A DNA stretch of 64,000 bases from an uncultured bacterium (GCA_963798465.1 CAWCTC010000001.1:260315-324314), one strand, 5' to 3'; positions 16,195 to 28,469 are shown, counted from the stretch's first letter. Translations and numbers: made by a program. Notes: generated by a model not told the origin, from the letters alone.

Positions 16195-16286
16195 GCAATT
16201 ATCAGCGACGTAGAGCGAGAGAAATTAAAAGTAATCTTTTAATTTCTGAGCCGAGGAGTCTGATATAAGAGCGAAGCTGCTTCTAT
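16195..16286 (+). repeat. Structured ~85-nt repeat, copy A (family with 46327-46424 and 46446-46512)
   Basis: ..ATCAG-CGACGTAGAGCGAGAG-AAATTAAAAG-TAAT-CTTTTAATTT-CTGAGCCGAGGAG-TCTGAT.. This copy overlaps the last ~20 codons and the stop of recG. Confidence 0.7.
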
Positions 16287-18448
16287 TCAAAATGTATTTC
16301 GTCCATTTTTCTATGCAGAAAGTTTTTCGTTTATCAAGAGGGAATTTTGAAAGAGTTTCATCTTGGGACAAAAAATATTCTGCTTCAGCTCGTGCGGCTT
16401 CCACCATTTTTAAATTTCTTATTGCTTCCATGCCGATATCAGAGATTCCCCATTGTTTGTTTCCGGAAAGTTCGCCTGGTCCACGAAGTTTCAAATCAAA
16501 TTCGGCAAGTTCAAAACCATTTGAAGAATTTTTAAATGCTTTGAGTCTAAGCAAAGTTTTTTCAGTTTTTGTTTCCGCAAAAACATAACAATATGCTTGA
16601 TGATTGCTTCTGATGACGCGTCCGCGAAGCTGGTGAAGCTGGGCGAGTCCAAATCTTTCCGCTCCTTCAATAATTATCACAGTTGCATTCGGAACATTTA
16701 CTCCGACTTCGACGACAGAAGTTGCGACAAGAATTTTTATTTTTCCGGATTTGAAATCATTCATCACTTTTTCTTTTTCGCCTTGCAGCATTTTGGAATG
16801 AAGAATTCCAATTTCATAATTTTGAAAAACATCTCGTTTCAATCTTTCAGCTTCTTCTTTTACGGACTTTGCAATAACAGCTTGTTCTTTTGCCGGATCG
16901 GGTTCATTTATTCTTGGACAAATCACATAAGCTTGTCTGCCTTCTGCCAGTAAATTTTTTATTTTTGTATAAGTATTTTCTCGTTCGTCCGGCAAAACAA
17001 TTTCGGTGATAATCGGTTTTCTTCCGAGAGGCATCTGATCAAGCAAAGTCAAATCCAAATCTCCGTAAATAGTTAGTGCTAAAGTGCGGGGAATCGGCGT
17101 TGCAGTCATCGAAAGAAGATGCGGATTCAACCCTTCTTTTCTTGTTATTTTTTGTCTTTGTGCAGTTCCGAAGCGATGCTGTTCATCGATTATAGAATAT
17201 GCCAAATGCTTGAATTTTACGGATTTTTGAATAAGCGCATGCGTTCCGATAAGAATCGGAATTTCGCCATTTGCAACCCATTTCAAAAGCTGAGTCTTGG
17301 AAATTTTGGTCCATTCTTTTGGATTTGTTTTTGAAGGAAATTTTCTGCATTCTTTTCCGGTGATGAGTCCAACATTTATTTTTAAGTAAGTAAAATATTC
17401 TATGAAAGATTCAAAATGCTGTTTTGCCAGAATTTCAGTCGGTGCCATATAAGCGACTTGAAGATTTCCGAAATTTTGTCCTTTTGGTTTTGAAGTGATG
17501 ATTGCAAATGCAGTTGCTGCAGCGACTGCTGTTTTTCCTGAACCGACATCTCCTTCAAGCAGACGCGACATTGCATGTCCGCTTCTGAAATCGATCATTA
17601 TTTGTTCAATGGCTTTATTTTGCGCTTCTGTCGGTGCGAATGGAAATCTTTCAACGAACTGCTCGATATCTTTCGGAGTTTTTTCAATAACATAAGAAGG
17701 ATTTTTATTCCAAAGAATTTTATCTCTTTTTTTCTGCAAGTTGAATGAAAAAAACTTCCTCAAATGCGAATCTTTTTCTTGCAGAAATCGCATCGCTCTT
17801 GTTTTTGCGGAGTGTGAATCCAGACAAGCGCGGTTTTTAAAGTCGGAAGATTGTAGGTTGTCCAGAATATATTCCGGAATCGGATCTTTTATATTGTCCA
17901 AAATTCCTGAACTGAAAATCTTTTTGTATTGCATGATAAAACCAATTTGAAGTGATGCCTTGGCTTTCCGGATAAACAGGATAAAGAGAATGAGCCTCGC
18001 CGTCTTCTCCAAAAAGAGAATCGCCGACGCCGATCGGTAGCTTTACGATCGTTTCTATTTTCGGATTTGATAAATAAAGTTCGCCGCGTCTGTCAGAAAC
18101 TTTTCCGTCGGCTCGGACAAAAGCATCTTCATGAATCATTTTTGCAATGTACGGCTGATGGAACCAAACAGCTTTTATTTTTCCGGATTCATCTTCAATC
18201 CAAGCTTCGGACATCGGAATTTTGCTTTTGAAACCTTTGCTTGTTTTAAGTTTCGTGATTTTTCCAAAGATTACGGCGCTTTCTCCTTCAATCAAGCTGC
18301 CGATATTTTTTTTCTCGGAAGTGTCGCCATATCTGACGGGGAAATGATAAAGCAAATCGCCCACGGTTTTAATACCGAGCTTTTTCAAGGCTATTTTCTG
18401 CGATTCCTGCAGGCGGAAATTGTTTTCAATCTGTGAATTCAAATCCAT
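16225..18448 (-). pseudogene. recG: ATP-dependent DNA helicase RecG, split by one extra base in an A5 run (possibly an artefact)
   Basis: ORF 17837-18448 encodes the wedge domain. ORF 16225-18012 encodes the helicase core (GDVGSGKT, IIDEQHRFG, QLHQLRGRVIR). The frames meet at CAAAAAG on the coding strand (T-run 17921-17925). With A4 the reading is ..WFYHAIQKIFSSGILDN.. Confidence 0.92.
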
Positions 18449-18587
18449 TTACCCGAGAAAATTTTTGCCAATAAAAATTGTTTGTTGCGACTTTTTCATA
18501 ACGGTATTATATCACGGTCATCTATTTATATGATTTTTGCTTGTTAAGTCAATTTTTAACAAACGTTGGCAAAAACTTTAGCGGGTG
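18449..18587 (-). mobile_element. ORF-less derivative (MITE-like) of the GIY-YIG cassette, copy 4, abutting the recG start
   Basis: Reads on the minus strand as CACCCGCTAAAGTTTTTGCCAACG ... GTGATATAAT ... TTATTGGCAAAAATTTTCTCGGGTAA-ATG(recG). Near-identical along its length to the copy at 60161-60301. Confidence 0.7.
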
Positions 18588-18629
18588 AATTGTAGCAAAA
18601 ATAGGCGGAATTTTCGCGGAAAGACAATT

Positions 18630-18706
18630 GTCATTCCCGTGAAGACGGGAATCCAGAATTAATTAAATTTTTAGTAAACCTAAATTCCCGCCTACGCGAG
18701 AATGAC
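18630..18706. mobile_element. Nested-hairpin MITE-like element (GTCATTCCCG..CGGGAAT .. ATTCCCG..GAGAATGAC)
   Basis: Terminal inverted repeats GTCATTCCCG/CGAGAATGAC, each arm itself a hairpin (ATTCCCGTGAAGACGGGAAT). Second copy at 53340-53405. Confidence 0.65.
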
Positions 18707-18760
18707 AAATATTTTTCATTCATGTTATAATATTCACATTAATAAATAATTTATTTAATT

Positions 18761-19270
18761 ATGGCTTTAACCACATTGGATATAATCTTGAGAATGTCGA
18801 CGGCTATAGGTCTCGGCATGGTTCTGGGTCTTGAAAGAACTCTCGCGGGAAAAACCGCTGGAATGAGAACTTACAGCATGATTACTTTGGGTTCGACTAT
18901 TTTTATTCTTATTTCAGAAATAATTATTTCTACTTTATCAAATCCATTAATAGCCAGCCCGCTTGCTATCGCTACTTCTGTTGTAAGCGGTATCGGATTT
19001 ATCGGAGCCGGTTTGATTATTTTTCAAGGAAATAAAATCAGTGGACTTACGACAGCTGCAGGACTTTGGGTTGCAGCCGGAGTAGGAATGGCTTGCGGCT
19101 TCGGCCTTTATACTTTGGCGACAATAGCGACGATTGGCGCTATGATAATCTTTACTATAATGTGGTTTATTGAAGATATTTTGAAAAAATATTCTTATAG
19201 TTTGGAAAAAAGCAGAATTAAAGTTCATGAAAAACTTTCAGAGCTTGATTCCAGTGAAAAAAATGAATAA
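18761..19270 (+). CDS. MgtC/SapB-family membrane protein
   Basis: 169 aa. LRMSTAIGLGMVLGLERTLAGKTAGMRTYSMITLGS is the conserved MgtC N-terminal signature. Confidence 0.8.
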   Translation: MALTTLDIILRMSTAIGLGMVLGLERTLAGKTAGMRTYSMITLGSTIFILISEIIISTLSNPLIASPLAIATSVVSGIGFIGAGLIIFQGNKISGLTTAAGLWVAAGVGMACGFGLYTLATIATIGAMIIFTIMWFIEDILKKYSYSLEKSRIKVHEKLSELDSSEKNE

Positions 19271-19277
19271 AAAATAA

Positions 19278-19302
19278 AAAAAACCGCTTCAGGCGGTTTT
19301 TT
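19278..19302. terminator. Hairpin AAAAACCGC-TTCAG-GCGGTTTTTT
   Basis: Short GC stem with flanking A and T runs, 10 nt after the mgtC-like stop. Confidence 0.65.
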
Positions 19303-19380
19303 ATTAGAAAATAAAGAGCAAAGCGACTATATTTTCTTGTATCCTATAAACATTTAAAAATTGAATTGATGTTTATAGGG

Positions 19381-20782
19381 TTATTTTAATTTTTTGATTA
19401 AAACGTTGAATTTTTCTCCGCGATCGAATTCATTCTTGAATTTTTCAAAGCTTTTTGAGGAAGGGGAGAAAAGCAGTGTCGATTTGCCTTTCAGTTTTTT
19501 TATTTTTTCAAAAGCGGATACGACGCACTCTTCTAAAGTATTTTTGACGGATATTTTTGAAATGTCAGCCAATTTTTCCAATTCGATAAGCATTTTTTTT
19601 GTCGCACTTCCCTCAAACATAATTATATTTTTAAGCGGAATATAATTTACTAAAGTTTTTGCCCAATCTTCGTATTCAAGTCCAGCATCGGTTCCGCCGG
19701 CAATCAGAATGCAATTTTCAGAGCCAAAACGCTCGATTGCTGCCATTCCACCTTCCGGTGAAGTTGCTGAAGTATCGTTTATTATCTTCGTATTTTTGAA
19801 ATTTGCCACAATTTCTTGTCTGTATTTTACTTGTGGAATTGTTTTAATTCTTTTTTGAATGTCAGAAAATTTTTCTTCGGAAAGATAAGCGGCTAAAACA
19901 GATGAAAGTAAATTTGCGACGTTATGCTTGCCCCAGATTTCATTGAAATCTTTTATTTCTAGAATTTTTTCTGGTGTTTTTGTTTTGGTCTGCAAGAACA
20001 TACTTTTATCTTGATAATAAATTCCATTAATATTTTTCGGCAGTTTGTTCATCGAAAAAAACCAGATTTCAGCTTTTGGATTTTGTTTCAGAAAAAAATT
20101 TGTCCATTCGTTATCAAAATTTAAAATTAATTTATTATTTTTTGTCTGATTCTTAAAAATATTTGCTTTTGCCAGTGCATAATTTTCCAAAGTACCGTGG
20201 CGATTCAGATGATCGACAAAAATATTCGTTATGAGCAGAAATGCATGGAATGGAATCGAATCTTTCAAGTTGAAAAGAGGGAATTTCGTTCACGACAATC
20301 TTGTATTTTTTGTTTTTTGTTTTCGGAAGTATTTCGAGTGGCGGTTGAGTCGAGGAATTTCCTGCGATTATCGATTTTCCCCCAATCAGATGTGCAGTCC
20401 AATTTGTCACGGTAGTTTTTCCTCTCGTTCCTGTGATTGCGATTATCGGTTTTGGACAATTTTCGTAAAATATTCTGGCTTCATTATAAATCGGCTTGCC
20501 GAGTTTTTCTGCAAGCAAAACAAGCGGATTATTTTTGGGAACAGCTTGATTGATAACAATAATATCTTCATCCGAAACAATTTTTTCGTCAGAATTTTCA
20601 AAAAAATAATTTACTTTGCCTTTTATTTTTTTTATTGAATCTTTAAAAAATTCTTTCGGTTTTGAATCTGTAATTGAAAGTTTTGCACCCTGTTTCAGAA
20701 GCCAATTTGCCGTGGTGACTCCGCCTCCAAGAATTCCAAGTCCGATAAGCAAAACTTTTTTATTTTTAAATTCGCTTTTCAT
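19381..20782 (-). pseudogene. murD: UDP-N-acetylmuramoylalanine--D-glutamate ligase MurD, split by one extra base (possibly an artefact)
   Basis: The N-terminal ORF (20153-20782) has KKVLLIGLGILGGG and AITGTRGKTT. The C-terminal ORF (19381-20268) has ITNIFVDHLNRHG and the C-terminal domain. The frames meet in GATTCGATTCCATTCCATG (coding strand, about 20235-20255). Confidence 0.88.
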
Positions 20783-20839
20783 ATAAAAAATTTCGTCGCT
20801 AAAAAACTGTTATAAATTAAGCATATCATGTATGCTCAT

Positions 20840-20933
<94 letters not shown>

Positions 20934-21133
20934 AAATCTAGCTGACTTTCAAAAGATTAACATATTTTTTCGTATTATTCTAGTTATTTATTGCACCTAT
21001 TTATAAGTCGGCAGCGTATTAACCTGTGAGCAAATATGAGGTGACTTCCTAACCCATATTTTATTATTAGATTAATTAATTGCGAACCGGCCGGGTTGTG
21101 AAAAATCTGGCCGGACAAGCAAAAACAAAAAAT

Positions 21134-21937
21134 ATGAAGAATAAAATTTTAGCAAGCGTAGTAGCTTTATCAGCGGTAGTCGGTTTGGCTTTTGCAGGAT
21201 CAGTTTCTGCTGCGGTCGCTCCACAAAATTGGGGAGGACAAAGAGGTGCAGGACAAGGTCAATTTACAAAAGGTGCAAGACCAGAGATGCCGGGAGTTTT
21301 TGGAACAGTTTCTACAATCAGCGGAACAACTCTTACGGTAACAAGCAAAGGTTTTGGATCAAGCACAGTAGCAACAACTTATACAGTTGATGCAAGCAAT
21401 GCAACTGTCATGGATAAAGGCGCAACAAGCACATTATCATCAATTGCAGTTGGAAATTCTATAATGGTTTCAGGAACAGTCAGCGGAACTTCAGTGACAG
21501 CGACAAAAATAAATGTCGGAATGGGCAATATAGGTTTTGGCGGAGCAGGAATGGGTGGAAGAAATGCTTCATCAACTGCGAATAGAATTCCTAGAAATGC
21601 ATCATCAACAAATATGATGGTAGGAAACGGACAGCCGATAATCGGAGGAACAGTTTCTGCAATCAGCGGAACGACAATCACAATTACAAATAAAGGAAAC
21701 ATAACTTACACAATCGATGCTTCAAGTGCAACAGTCACGAAAGGAAATAGTTCATCATCAGTTTCAAATATTGCGGTCGGAGATTCAGTTTTGGTTCAGG
21801 GAACTATAAACGGAACATCAGTGACTGCAACAACCATCACGGATCAAGCTCCAGCAAAAGCAACAAATAGCAAACCATCAATCGGAGGATTTTTTGGAGG
21901 AATTGGAAACTTTTTCTCAAAATTGTTCGGGTTCTAA
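21134..21937 (+). CDS. Secreted repeat protein (DUF5666-like repeats)
   Basis: Signal peptide MKNKILASVVALSAVVGLAFAGSVSA. Contains two or three repeats of G(T)VS.ISGTT(L/I)T(V/I)T...TYT(V/I)DAS.ATV....S.....IAVG(D/N)S(V/I).V.GT..GTSVTAT.I. The ATG at 21134 is preferred over the upstream non-ATG (TTG at 21080) start listed in the ORF track. Confidence 0.65.
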   Translation: MKNKILASVVALSAVVGLAFAGSVSAAVAPQNWGGQRGAGQGQFTKGARPEMPGVFGTVSTISGTTLTVTSKGFGSSTVATTYTVDASNATVMDKGATSTLSSIAVGNSIMVSGTVSGTSVTATKINVGMGNIGFGGAGMGGRNASSTANRIPRNASSTNMMVGNGQPIIGGTVSAISGTTITITNKGNITYTIDASSATVTKGNSSSSVSNIAVGDSVLVQGTINGTSVTATTITDQAPAKATNSKPSIGGFFGGIGNFFSKLFGF

Positions 21938-21961
21938 ATTTATAAACTAATATAATAAAAT

Positions 21962-21994
21962 AAAAAGGGTTTTCGCTTTGCGAAAACCCTTTTT
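21962..21994. terminator. Hairpin AAAAGGGTTTTCGC-TTT-GCGAAAACCCTTTT
   Basis: Perfect 14-bp stem with A/T runs, 25 nt after the stop. Confidence 0.75.
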
Positions 21995-23516
21995 ATTTTG
22001 CGAAAAAGCAAGTAATTACAACGTTTTTTTTATTTTTTTAAAAAACGTATATTTTTCCTATCTAAAACGGAAAAAATCATTGCGTTGTCATAATTATTGT
22101 TCTATAATTGGGTTTGTAAAAGAGTTGCGCAGTTTAGAAGTACAGCTGGTTTTTTTGTTAGGGAATATATAGTCCGTTTAAAATGTACGCATACAATTTT
22201 TTAAAAAAACAGTCTTTTTAGGGCTATGTTCAGTAGCGCTGTTATTTTGCTTTTCGGTGACGAATGTTTTTGCTGCAGGAGTTCCTACTATTTTGAGTTT
22301 TCAAGGAAGGCTTACGGATTCTTCCGGCAATCTTTTAGGAGGTTCAGGAACAAATTATTATTTTAAATTTTCCATCTGGAATAACTCGACTATCGGTTTA
22401 GGGTCACAGCTTTGGCCTGCAGTCGCTCCGTCAGTTTTTTCTACGGCAGTACGACAAGGAGTTTTTAATGTAAATATCGGAGACACTTCAGCGGGATATC
22501 CCGATGTCTTGGATTATAATTTCAATACGAGTGTTCCAGTTTATTTGCAGATAGAAGTTTCTTCCGATGGAATAAATTTCCAAACTCTCGGTCCGAGACA
22601 AGAAATCACGGCATCCGCATTCGCCCAATTATCCGGAGCTGTGAGTGGAACGGGACAATCTTCTTTCGGAACAACGACTCCGATAAATAATTCCGTTGTC
22701 AGTATAGTTTCAACTTCAACAAATTCCACTGCGCTTACGATAAGAGGCTTGGTCGGACAAATTGCAAATCTTTTTCAGGTTCAAAATTCTTCGGGTGCGA
22801 ATGTATTTTCAATCGATAATAACGGTTCAATAATTTCGAGTGGAACAATTGTTGCAACAAATATTTCCGGGACTTCAACTGGAATAAATACCGGCGACGA
22901 ATCTTCATCATCAATCAGAACAAAACTCGGAGCCGCATCATCGACAAATGACGGATATCTTTCAGCAGGAGATTGGACGAATTTCAACAGCAAAGTTTCA
23001 GGAACAGGGAATACTGGCGAACTTTCATATTGGACTGACTCAAACACCTTGGCAAGTATCGGCCCTGGAATTGACGGAATGTTTTTGAGAGCTTCATCAA
23101 CTTCTCCAACAGGTTTTGATTGGACTTTAGCAAGCAGCAGTGGAGGTTCTGGCGTTTGGGGAGCAATTACAGGAACTCTTTCAAATCAAACAGATTTACA
23201 AAATGCCCTTGATGCAAAACTTTCCACGACTTCAGCGGCGGCAATTTATTTGAGTCAAATTTCAGCATCATCGACTTATGTTTCTTTTGATTATGCAACA
23301 AATACTTTTGCGACAATTTCTTCTCTCGGCTCATATGCCACAACCGGAGCACTTTCAAATTATTACTTGGCTTCAAATCCATCAAACTACATTTCAAATA
23401 TTTCCGGACAGAATCTTGCAACCGCCGACAATTCAATTTCCGGCTTCATCACCGCAACTGCTCTCATTCCATATCTTTCCACCACATCCGCCGCTTCAAC
23501 ATATCTTCCTCTTTCA

Positions 23517-25406
23517 GCTTCAACATCTCTTGCATATATTCCTCTCGCATCAAGTTCAATCTTCCTTTCAACAACTTCCGCATCAGCCCTATATGTTTCC
23601 ACTTCATCTCTTGCAAGCACTCTGCTCGGATATCTTTCAACAACATCGGCATCAGCAAATTACGTTTCAACTTCATCTCTGACTTCAACTCTCGCTTCAT
23701 ATCTGACTACTGCATCTTCAACTGCGACATATCTCACGATCCTATCCGCCGCTTCAACATATCTTCCTCTTTCAGCTTCAACATCTCTTGCATATATTCC
23801 ATTTGCATCTTCATCTTTGTATTTATTGAATAGCGCTTCAACATCTCTTGCATATATTCCTCTCGCATCAAGTTCAATCTTCCTTTCAACAACTTCCGCA
23901 TCAGCCCTATATGTTTCCACTTCATCTCTTGCAAGCACTCTGCTCGGATATCTTTCAACAACATCGGCATCAGCAAATTACGTTTCAACTTCATCTCTGA
24001 CTTCAACTCTCGCTTCATATCTGACTACTGCATCTTCAACTGCGACATATCTCACGATCCTATCCGCCGCTTCAACATATCTTCCTCTTTCAGCTTCAAC
24101 ATCTCTTGCATATATTCCATTTGCATCTTCATCTTTGTATTTATTGAATAGCGCTTCAACATCTCTTGCATATATTCCTCTCGCATCAAGTTCAATCTTC
24201 CTTTCAACAACTTCCGCATCAGCCCTATATGTTTCCACTTCATCTCTTGCAAGCACTCTGCTCGGATATCTTTCAACAACATCGGCATCAGCAAATTACG
24301 TTTCAACTTCATCTCTGACTTCAACTCTCGCTTCATATCTGACTACTGCATCTTCAACTGCGACATATCTCACGATCCTATCCGCCGCTTCAACATATCT
24401 TCCTCTTTCAGCTTCAACATCTCTTGCATATATTCCATTTGCATCTTCATCTTTGTATTTATTGAATAGCGCTTCAACATCTCTTGCATATATTCCTCTC
24501 GCATCAAGTTCAATCTTCCTTTCAACAACTTCCGCATCAGCCCTATATGTTTCCACTTCATCTCTTGCAAGCACTCTGCTCGGATATCTTTCAACAACAT
24601 CGGCATCAGCAAATTACGTTTCAACTTCATCTCTGACTTCAACTCTCGCTTCATATCTGACTACTGCATCTTCAACTGCGACATATCTCACGATCCTATC
24701 CGCCGCTTCAACATATCTTCCTCTTTCAGCTTCAACATCTCTTGCATATATTCCATTTGCATCTTCATCTTTGTATTTATTGAATAGCGCTTCAACATCT
24801 CTTGCATATATTCCTCTCGCATCAAGTTCAATCTTCCTTTCAACAACTTCCGCATCAGCCCTATATGTTTCCACTTCATCTCTTGCAAGCACTCTGCTCG
24901 GATATCTTTCAACAACATCGGCATCAGCAAATTACGTTTCAACTTCATCTCTGACTTCAACTCTCGCTTCATATCTGACTACTGCATCTTCAACTGCGAC
25001 ATATCTCACGATCCTATCCGCCGCTTCAACATATCTTCCTCTTTCAGCTTCAACATCTCTTGCATATATTCCATTTGCATCTTCATCTTTGTATTTATTG
25101 AATAGCGCTTCAACATCTCTTGCATATATTCCTCTCGCATCAAGTTCAATCTTCCTTTCAACAACTTCCGCATCAGCCCTATATGTTTCCACTTCATCTC
25201 TTGCAAGCACTCTGCTCGGATATCTTTCAACAACATCGGCATCAGCAAATTACGTTTCAACTTCATCTCTGACTTCAACTCTCGCTTCATATCTGACTAC
25301 TGCATCTTCAACTGCGACATATCTCACGATCCTATCCGCCGCTTCAACATATCTTCCTCTTTCAGCTTCAACATCTCTTGCATATATTCCATTTGCATCT
25401 TCATCT
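23517..25406 (+). repeat. Tandem repeat, 318-bp unit x ~5.9, apparently 100% identical, in-frame (106 aa)
   Basis: Unit starts fall at 23517, 23835, 24153, 24471, 24789 and 25107. The identical antisense shadow ORFs spaced 318 nt apart in the ORF track confirm perfect identity. Confidence 0.95.
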
Positions 25407-25965
25407 CTCTACTATCTCAACTCAAACCCAGCAGGCTATATCACTTCCACTTCAACTGCATTCATTCCATTTGCATCAAGTTCTCTTTATCTTCTAAATT
25501 CAGCCAGCACAAGTTTGGCATATATTCCGATAGCATCTTCTTCATTATTTGCAACTTCGGGAACACTTTTGAGCTATATGACTTACAGTTATGCTTCTTC
25601 CACCTATGCAAGCACGACTTATGTCAATAATACATTTTTGAAATTATCTGCTTCAACATCTCTTGCTTATATTCCATTTGCATCTTCATCTCTCTACTAT
25701 CTCAACTCAAACCCAGCAGGCTATATCACTTCCACTTCAACTGCATTCATTCCATTTGCATCAAGTTCTCTTTATCTTCTAAATTCAGCCAGCACAAGTT
25801 TGGCATATATTCCGATAGCATCTTCTTCATTATTTGCAACTTCGGGAACACTTTTGAGCTATATGACTTACAGTTATGCTTCTTCCACCTATGCAAGCAC
25901 GACTTATGTCAATAATACATTTTTGAAATTATCTGCTTCAACATCTCTTGCTTATATTCCATCGG
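25366..25965 (+). repeat. Tandem repeat, 285-bp unit x ~2 (95 aa) inside the giant gene
   Basis: TCATCTCTCTACTATCTCAACTCAAACCC recurs at 25401 and 25686. The protein segment ASTSLAYIPFASSSLYYLNSNPAGYITS...NNTFLKLS is duplicated. Confidence 0.9.
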
Positions 25966-28469
25966 CCAGCTCGTCTTTGTATCTTTTAGTTTCTGCTAGC
26001 ACTTCATTGCCTTATATTCCTTTCGCTTCTTCAAGTTTGTATGCAACAGGAACAAACTACTGGTCTGCAAATGGAAATAATATTTATAATAATAATATAG
26101 GAACTGTTGGCATCGGAACTACAACGGCATCTGATTTGCTAGGCATTGAAGGTGGTGGCTTAGGTATTTATGCTCCTAGCACTAATGCAGCAAAATTTGC
26201 TGGAAATATAGAACCTGGCGATGGCGACCTTCTTGTAACTACCGGCAGGTCTTTAACCATTATGTCAAATGTCAATAGTTCAATCACTCCTGTTTTTGAA
26301 GCCAGTGTTACAGGCGGTGTATCTATTGGTTCGTATGTGAATAGTGTAAATATGTATTCTGTGCCAGCAAATAGTCTTATCCTTCCTGGAAGCATCGGTA
26401 TAGGAACTTCAACTCCTTCGCAAGCTCTGACAGTTATTGGAAATATTGCTTTGTCAGGAGCGATTTTTGACAGCACGAACGCTTCGGGAACTGCGGGAAT
26501 GGTTTTATCTAGCACTGGAACATCTACTTTGTGGATTCCTGCGCCATCAGGTTCATCCCAGTGGACAACAAATGGAACTTCAATTTATTATAATGGGGGG
26601 AAATGTCGGAATAGGAACAACAACACCCATAGCAGCTTTGGCTATTGCTAGCGCAACTGATACCCCATATGTTCTTGCAGTATACGGAGGCAATGGAAGT
26701 TCAACAGCAGGAAGTTCAGTTATTATGAATACTGGCAACGGCGGTCAAGTCGGTTTAGTCGGAGCACCCGGTGGAAATTTCTCATTCACAACCGGAATCG
26801 GAGGTTCTGCCGTCTCAGGCGAATCATCTGGTGCAAATGGAGGTGATTTTCTAGTTACAACAGCTGCTGGAGGTAATTCAACAGGACATCAAGCAGGTGG
26901 ACGAGGAGGCAACATGACAATTTTACTTGGCAATGGAGGTACTGGTTATGGCGGAGGAATCGGAGGATCATACTCAGTTACTGCAGGCAATGGTAATACT
27001 GGAACTTCCAATGGAGCTGGTGGAAGTATAAATCTTATCGCAGGAAATTCTCCTGGCGGAATTTCTGGCAATATAGTTTTGACTCCAGGCAATAATGGAA
27101 CAAATGCAACCGGCAGCGTAATAATTTCAACTCTGGCAGGACTCGGCAGTGTCGTCACACTCGGAGCAAATGGAGCTCTTACCGCTATTTCTTCAACCTC
27201 ACTATCAAGCTTATATGTAAGTCCAAGCCATGTGGATAATCTTGCGTATAGATATAACACTATTCCTTTGAATCAATCCGTCACAAATATTTCTATTATA
27301 TCTACCACTACTGTTGCACAGGTTGCAAACTACGGAGCATGGGACGGCCAACATTTATGGGTATCACAATTTGCTGCACATTCAATTACAGAACTGAATG
27401 AAAATGGAGTTGTCATGGCCACTTATACTTTTGCAAGCAGTATTGAACCAATTCAGTTGGCATACGATGGAAGATATATTTGGGTAGCCAGCGCGGATAC
27501 ATATGGAAATTTGATAAAGTTCGATCCAACAACAGGAGCTTCATCTACGACTCTTATGAATCCAGGAGGCACAGGCTCTGGCGGTATCCAAGGAATTCTT
27601 TGGGATGGAAGCAAATTGTGGATAGGTCTTGCAGCTTTGAATGATGTTTTGAGATTTAATACTATAACTGGATCAGTTGAGGCAACATCCACAGGAGATA
27701 CAAACGTAAACGGTTTGGCCATGATGGATATTCCTGAAAACGGAGGAGTGACAAGATATATTTTTGCGGCTTGTTCTAACTTCATAGCAAAAATAAAGGG
27801 AAGCACCATGGTCTCATCACTTATTGGTACTCCATCAAACACATACCGTATAGCGACAGACGGAGATTTTCTTTATGGAGCTTCTTATTTGGCAAGTTCA
27901 ACAGATGCAACTGTAGAAAAATATGATGCAAGAAGCGGTACAAAAATTGTAAGTTGGAATTCCGGAACTCTTCTGAACACAATTGCATTTGATGGAAGAT
28001 ATATCTGGGTATCGGGAGATGATCAAACCACAACCGTTCATGACAGAACTTCAGGAGCTATTGTTGCATCTATTCCAAATAGCGGAAAATCCGATCTTAT
28101 TTTTGATGGTACATATATGTGGAGTATTAGCAGTGCGGGCTTTGTGAGGAAATTAGGTATCGGTGAACAAATGGGCAATTTAAAAGTTGCACAGGGCATG
28201 AGTTTGATGGATGAGAACAATAATGTAGGACTCCTTCTCTTGGCAACTTCTACCGGTAGTAGCTATATGATGAGTAATTTTGGAATTGGGACAACTTCGC
28301 CGACCGCACCTCTCACTGTTACAAATTCGACAACGACTGGCGTGCTAGTTTCCATTTCTTCTCCGAATGCTCTGGCCACAACAGGCAGTTTGCTTTCTTT
28401 GGCGGCAGATGGCGCGACGACTCCAACAGGTGTTATGACTTTGAGCGCGAATGGTTTAACTTCTGGAAA

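Noticed and set aside
21978-22172. A 64-aa ORF upstream of the giant gene.
   Set aside because: It starts inside the terminator hairpin of the preceding gene and is AT-rich and low-complexity. It is more likely the promoter/5' region of the giant gene.
23167-25290. A ladder of 92- and 94-aa minus-strand ORFs (MLARDEVETYRADAEV.., MKRELKSEMKLKRNL..) repeating every 318 nt.
   Set aside because: They are antisense shadows of the perfect 318-bp coding repeats. They are low-complexity with no independent start or RBS logic, and the plus-strand frame is continuous with a recognisable fibre protein.
23517-25406. The regular repeats could be a CRISPR array.
   Set aside because: The units are 318 bp and contiguous, with no unique spacers. 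They lie in-frame within a long ORF, and there are no cas genes in the window.
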